A DNA stretch of 64,000 nucleotides from Squalus acanthias. Its lineage: Eukaryota. Shown here piece by piece: positions 58,393 through 64,000 of the stretch (its first letter is position 1; every line of letters starts with the position of its first letter). The notes under the pieces are model-generated. The model worked only from the letters and a program-made list of their open reading frames with translations, searched no databases and was not told the DNA's origin. Both the position numbers and the translations under genes were made by a program. Location of the stretch: positions 26,352,001 through 26,416,000 of the forward strand of contig CM059432.1 of assembly GCA_030390025.1 (NCBI GenBank). Direction: 5' to 3'.

Positions 58393-60390
58393 TTTTTAAT
58401 TCGTTCATGGGATGTGGGCGTCGCTGGCATGAAGGGATAATTACTAGTCCTAGCTCTTTTCGGGCTACCCCGGATCAGGCGTATTCCCCAGACGTTCACC
58501 TTCAACTAAAGTTAGAGATAGCCGAATCCTAGAGACACTTAATTGGGTCTAAAGGTTCAGACTATCTCTCCCTAAAGGAAAGGAACAACTTGAAGATGTT
58601 ACCGTCCTCCAGATAACACTTTTAATAAGTTTAACTAGACTGTAACCTTCCGGATATTATGAGGGTCCAGAAAACTCCCCCAGAATTCTGCAACTCCTCA
58701 CCAAAGAGTGTACAGAGATTGAGTTCGCAAGTTTGATACAGAATTACTATGTGAGACAATTCTAAAAATATATAGATTTATTAGTAGTTAACAGCTGGTG
58801 AGTCAATCGCTACTTTAACAGTTCAAAATACAAATAGCTTACAATTCTTCTCAGAGATCCTTATTCTCAAATCTTAACTTCGTTACATTTTTACATTTCG
58901 TACTTATTTCTAATCCAGAATATCCACCAAAATCAAATACCTTTGATTACCCGAGACTCAAAGAGTTGAAAACTTACAGAGCTTGCCTCTGAAGTTGAGA
59001 ATCGCTTGCCCCTTCCAGCGACTTCTCTTTTCCCATTTGAAAATCCTATCTTTTATACTCTTTCTCAGTGGTATATCCTTTGAAGTTTTCTGCTGATGTA
59101 AGCTAATTATCTCTAGTCATATTTCTGTTGACTTCTTTCTATTCTTACTGTCAGTTCGGCTGTTAGCTTGCAGACTTGTGTCTGCTGTATAGGTGTTCGA
59201 TACTTATCATAAAAACTGATGTATCTATTTGATGCCATTCTTACGAAGGTCTTCCATTCAATTCTTAAATCACCTCAGCTGGTTATAAGCAGATGTCGTG
59301 TCTCCTAACTGTTCCAAGTTCAATACAAACACAATGTGATTGCTTGGTGCATCTATTGATGTCATATTTACAAAGTCTTTTGTTTGTATCTTTTACAACA
59401 TGTAAATTAAAAACACTTCAACTAGGTGATCTATGCAATTCGTATTTGCCTCAGTTAGTTATATTACAGACTTATGTAATATTTATGAAGGCATATTATT
59501 CTTTAATGTTCTGTGTTTCTGTTTGAAGTGTTAGTTTTATGACACCTTAAACTGGGGATTCCATTGTGTTCTTCCGAAAGCTCAGACTTTCTGGAAGCTC
59601 CAATCTCCTGCTTCAATGAGGCTTTTGTTTCAGTGTCAACAACTGATCTTTATCTCAAAAGCCGGTATGGTGTTTACAGCTTTGTGTTAACAACTCATCT
59701 TATCTCAGAAGCCTGTATTTACAGCTTTAGCTTGTTAAGGCTTCCAGATTTTTAAACCCAGTTTGTCATGTTTTAATAATCAAAATTCTTTCATAGGATG
59801 GTGTATTTTTCTGAAATATGGCTATTCCTTTACAGGCAAGGCCAGCATTTATTGCCCATCCCTAATTGCCCTTGAGAAGGTGGTGGTGAGCCACCTTCTT
59901 GAACCGCTGCAGTCTGTGTGGTGAAGGTACTCCCACAGTGCTGTTAGGTAGGGAGTTCCAGGATTTTGACCCAGCGACAATGAAGGATCGGCGATATACT
60001 TCTAAGTCAGGATGGTGTGTGACTTGGAGGGGAACTTGGAGGTGGTGGTGTTCCCATGCGTCTGCTGCCCTTGTCCTTCTAGGTGGAAGAGGTCGCGGGT
60101 TTGGGAGGTGCTGCCGAAGAGGCCTTGGCGAGTTGTTGCAGTGCATCTTGTAGATGGTACACACTGCAGCCACGGTACGCTGGTGGTGGAGGGAGTGAAT
60201 GTTTAAGGTGGTGGATGGGGTGCCAATCAAGCGGGCTGCTTTGTCCTGGATGGTGTCGAGCTTCTTGAGTGTTGTTGGAGCTCCTTACTTGTGCCTTGTA
60301 GATGGTGGAAAGGCTTTGGGGAGTCAGGAGGTGAGACACTCGCCGCAGAATACCTAGCCTCTGACCTGCTCTTGTTGCCACAGTGTTTAT
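58393..60390 (-). mobile_element. LINE (CR1/L2 group) 3' fragment, interrupted by the solo LTR
   Basis: ORF fragments RAGQRLGILRR..LSTIYKAQVR and SLHHQRTVAAV..WNSLP; host sequence GCTGGCA|AGGCCAGC is restored when the LTR is removed. Confidence 0.8.
58430..59834 (-). mobile_element. Solo LTR (1405 bp) of an LTR retroelement or endogenous retrovirus
   Basis: TG...CA termini with short imperfect inverted repeats; 4-bp TSD GGCA at 58426-58429 and 59835-59838; minus-strand TATAAAA (59057-59051) and AATAAA (58782-58777). Confidence 0.85.
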
Positions 60391-60394
60391 GTGG

Positions 60395-60725
60395 CTGGTC
60401 ATGCTGGCACTCTCTCCCTCTCCCTCTCTCTCTCCAGTTCATTCAGGCTCTCTCTCCATCTCTCCTCAGTTCATGCTGGTATTCTTTCCCTGCTGCTACC
60501 CAGTTCATGTTGGCATTTTCTCCTCCTACAACCTCATGCTTGCTCTCCTCCTCTTATACCTCCCAGCAGTGAAGCTGGCATTCTCGCTCTCTCCCCTCAG
60601 TTCATCCTCGGCACACTTTTCCTCCTGCATGCTCACACTTTCTCCTCCTCCACCCCCGTTCACGCTAGCACTCTCCTTCCATTTTCCCCTTCGCAGTTCA
60701 CACTGGCCCTCTCCCTCCCTGCAAA
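60395..60725. repeat. Degenerate pyrimidine-rich minisatellite
   Basis: Recurring CAGTTCATGCTGGCA(C/T)TCTCTCC-like unit of about 30-35 nt. Confidence 0.65.
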
Positions 60726-60734
60726 CCCTGAAAG

Positions 60735-61255
60735 GAAAAAAAGAAAGACTTGCATTCATATAGCACCTTTCAAGACCTCAGGACATTCCAAAATGCTTTA
60801 CAGTCAATGGAGTACTTTAAAAATAAAAACAGAAAATGCTGGAAATACTCAGCAGGTCAGGCAGCATCTGTGGAGAGAGAAACAGAGCTAACGTTTCAGG
60901 TCAATGACCCTTCATCAGTACTTTAAAAGTGTAGTCACTGTTGTAATGTAGGAAATGCGGCAGCCAATTTGCACACAGCGAGGTCCCACAAACAGCAGTG
61001 TGATAATGACCAGATAATCTGTTTTTTATGTTAATTGAGGAATAAATATTGGCCAGGACACTGGGGATAACTCCCCTGCTCTTCTTTGAAATAGTGCCAT
61101 GGGATCTTTTAAGTCCACCTGAGAGAGCAGACGGGGCCTCGGTTTAACGTCTGATCCGAAAGATGGCAACTTCGACAGTGCAGAACTCCCTCAGTACTGC
61201 ACTGAAGTGTCAGCCTAGATTTTTGTATTCAAGTCTCTGGAGTGAGGCTTGACAA
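60735..61255 (-). mobile_element. Deu-domain SINE with a nested Penelope-like fragment
   Basis: Deu core and tail as in the 37420 copy; insert at ~60823-60918. Confidence 0.78.
60823..60918 (-). mobile_element. Penelope-like pseudo-LTR fragment with a minimal hammerhead ribozyme core
   Basis: Minus strand CTGATGA-AGGGTCATTGACCT-GAAA-CG-TT; AGTACTTTAAAA duplicated at the flanks. Confidence 0.7.
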
Positions 61256-61490
61256 CGACTTTCATCTGTTTTTTATTATTTTTGTTAGCTAGGCAATAGC
61301 AATGGCTTAAATTATCTTCAGCACTTTTGCAGAAATGAGAACTAAAGCAAAAAAGTTCCTTATTTATTTTGTGTCTGATCTTTATTGTTTCTGAATATTA
61401 TATTATTCTGTTATTTACTCCTCTTCCCACTCCATGCCATTCCCAGATGAAAACATTGTGATTTCCTGTTGTTGTCGTGCTGTAATTAAC

Positions 61491-61824
61491 TGCAGGGAAA
61501 TTCGGCTCCTTTGTGCCTGCCGTTAGCACCTCCAGGGGGCTTCGTGGTGGCCCTTGGCATGGTCCTAGTGTGGGCCATCAGAGGCCTTGCAGAGCTCACA
61601 GCGTCTACTTTTAGCATCCCGAAAAAGTTACCACCCCCGCACCCAAACTTCAATGGTAGTGTAGTGCCGTGGTACTGCAGGCCTCCCTCCCCTGATTAAA
61701 GGGGAGGGGCCTAGCGCAGCACACACCGGGGCCCTGCTGGACCACCGGGGAGTGGGGTGCCGGCAAAAGAGCCCGGCACTCAAGGGAGCTAACGGGAGGC
61801 GCAAAGCAACCGAATTTTTCCCCC
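61491..61824. mobile_element. Internally deleted Harbinger MITE related to 44770-45433
   Basis: Shared GGTACTGCAGGCCTCCCTCCCCTGATTAAAGGGG.. block; right TIR AATTTTTCCCCC; left end degraded. Confidence 0.75.
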
Positions 61825-61899
61825 TTAGTCTTCAGAACCTATATATGTGTAAACTTGGCACCGTTGGTATTATTTGTAAGTTTGAATAAGAAAGTTTTG

Positions 61900-62290
61900 A
61901 ATTCAAAACCCCACTCCTAGAATTGAGCACATAATCTAGGTTGACACCCCAGTGCAATATTGAGGGAGTGTTGTGTATCTGGAGGTGCTGTTCTTCAAAC
62001 AAGATGTTAAACTGAGGTCTTGCCTGCTGAATGTTGAAGATCCCATGATGTTATTTCTCTTGCTGTACTGGCCAAAGTTATTTCTCTTGCTGTTACTGGC
62101 CAAAATTCCTCCCTTAACCTACAAAAAGAGTGCTCATTTGTCTCTTTTCTTTTTGTGGGATCTTTCTGTGTGCTGATTGCTGCCCTGTTTGCTTATGTAA
62201 CAATAGTCACTGCAGTTCCAAAAGTAACTCATTGTGTAGCACTTTAGGTATTTTTGAGAGATGTGCTAAGTTATCATGTAAATTCAAGTC
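61900..62290 (+). mobile_element. Old, diverged Deu-domain SINE
   Basis: GATGTTAAACTGAGGTC..GATCCCATG..CTGGCCAAAATT, plus a diverged tail. Confidence 0.55.
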
Positions 62291-62419
62291 ATACATTCTT
62301 TTTAACCTTTAACAGTTGGCTGAAATGATAAATGAGTATATGTTTACCTTTAGCTTAGCGACGGCATAAAATTACAATGCGTGAATATGAACTGTGGTGT
62401 GTTTACAGACCAGCATTCA

Positions 62420-62520
62420 CCCAGCAGACCTGCTGAGTATTTCCAGCATTTTCTGTTTTTATTTTGAAAGTACTTCATTGGCTGTAAAGCACTTTGGAAT
62501 GTCCTGAGGTCATGAAATGG
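62420..62520 (+). mobile_element. Penelope-like 3' fragment fused to a Deu-SINE tail
   Basis: GACCTGCTGAGTATTTCCAGCATTTTCTGTTTTTATTTT followed by GAAAGTACTTCATTGGCTGTAAAGCAC. Confidence 0.6.
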
Positions 62521-64000
62521 TAGCTGCACACCCACATTATACCAGTATGTGGCACAATGTATTGAAGTGCTGACAGTGCACAAGACAGCACTTTAATGAC
62601 CAAGTGAATATGAGAAAAATTTACGGTTCTGCCCCCAATGGCACAGTTGCTAAAAATCCTACCCATTGTGTCACTGAGCCATACAGGACAGGAAGGTCCC
62701 AGATTTGGGCTGAGTTAGCTGATCTCATTGGCAGTTGGATCACTACAATTCACCTCAGTGCCTCTAATCTAAGGAGGTAGGGGCAAATCAAAAATCAGCT
62801 TTTGTTCCCACTCCTGATTGTCATCCAGTAACTTCAGCTGTAAGGTATACATGCATGCACACTAAGTGAGGACAAGATAGAGCTGAGCTGTGGTATTCCC
62901 ACACTGTTGAATAGCCTGCTAATACTCACTGCCTAGACTTGTGAAGATGTACCAGCTGGCTCTGCTGACCAGGGAGCCAGCCAAGGAAATAAATGGTGGA
63001 AGAGTGGGTGAGGATAAATTCAAGGCTCTCAGTAACATCCTTTTAATCAACAGAACATTCTCCTGATTTCTAATTCCGAGCACTAGCTCATTTTTGTACA
63101 CTTTATCTAGAGGAGTGAAAACAAATTTCAAAGTGGATATTTTCCAATTACTCGCAGGCATCCATTAGGGAGATCATTAGTGGCCATGTGTCACCAGATG
63201 CTGATGGTGATTGGGTTTTTACTGCTGGCTGGTTGAGCCTGCACGCATGGGAAATAAGAAATATCAACCACACCTGATTTATCAGGGCATCAAAGATTTT
63301 TGTTCTGCAGGAACACAGACTTCTCTCACCTCTAGCCTCAAGTCTCATTCCCTCTGCCTCACGCTTCCCTGTCTTTCTCCATGTTATTAATGCTGCTGTG
63401 GTCATTGGGTGTGAGCCTTTGGCTTTGTGGTAGTATTCCCACCTCTGAGTCAGAAGGGAAAGGTTTGAGCCCCTCTCCAGACAGTCCCAGTGAGTGAAGA
63501 CTAGAATATGGGCCTGGAATTTCCTGGGGATTTGCATCCAAAGACTCGTGCAATCGTGGCGTAAAGACGATTTCCGGCATAAAAAGATTGAGGAAGTTTG
63601 GACGCAAGTGTGTTACGCATATACTTATTGTATGGCCAAATGTCTTAATCTATTCTGGCCGTTCACCAAGACCTTCACATGATGACTCATTATCATGGCT
63701 CTGCCCCCCTGGTAGAGAGCAGTACATGCGAATGTTATGGGATTACATCGGTTCAAAACAGGTGTAAATTTACACCCAGAATTTTAGGTGCAGCATTTAC
63801 ATTTCTAACATTTAATGGCAATTTTTTCAGCGGTTTTCTTGATTTCCCGTCACTGACATCTGAATACATTTTTATGGCATCAGAATGAGTTACATTAAAG
63901 ACTGCAAAGCTTTCACAATTGCATTTTTGTAAACATGCTGCGTCTAATGTGGATAAATGATAGTTAGATGGCTTCAAACTTCAATGTTCATGCTTGAAGA

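Overview
Eukaryotic, repeat-saturated vertebrate DNA, most likely from a shark or ray: it carries an HE1-type V-SINE, SacSINE1/Deu-type SINEs and CR1 LINEs with an esterase ORF1. I found no recognisable host protein-coding gene. The window is dominated by a PIF/Harbinger DNA-transposon system. Family A has three full-length, co-oriented copies (6953-11047, 18421-22636, 26971-31278), each with 12-bp TIRs, its own 3-bp TSD, an open DDE transposase ORF and a convergent three-exon Myb/SANT-like gene; copy 2 has both genes open and is a candidate autonomous element. There are also two decayed copies of a sister family B and at least eight non-autonomous MITEs. Nine Harbinger insertions share a flanking consensus ANNY-NNN-RNNT with variable TSDs, and two MITEs hit the same position of two CR1 copies in opposite orientations. 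Other observations: a 54-bp intronic repeat present in 1, 3 and 5 copies across family A, a MITE with swapped termini, four-level nesting, a 1.4-kb solo LTR with foamy-virus-like layout, and a Penelope-type hammerhead core. All calls come from reading the sequence by eye; no database searches were run, and boundaries of old repeats are approximate.
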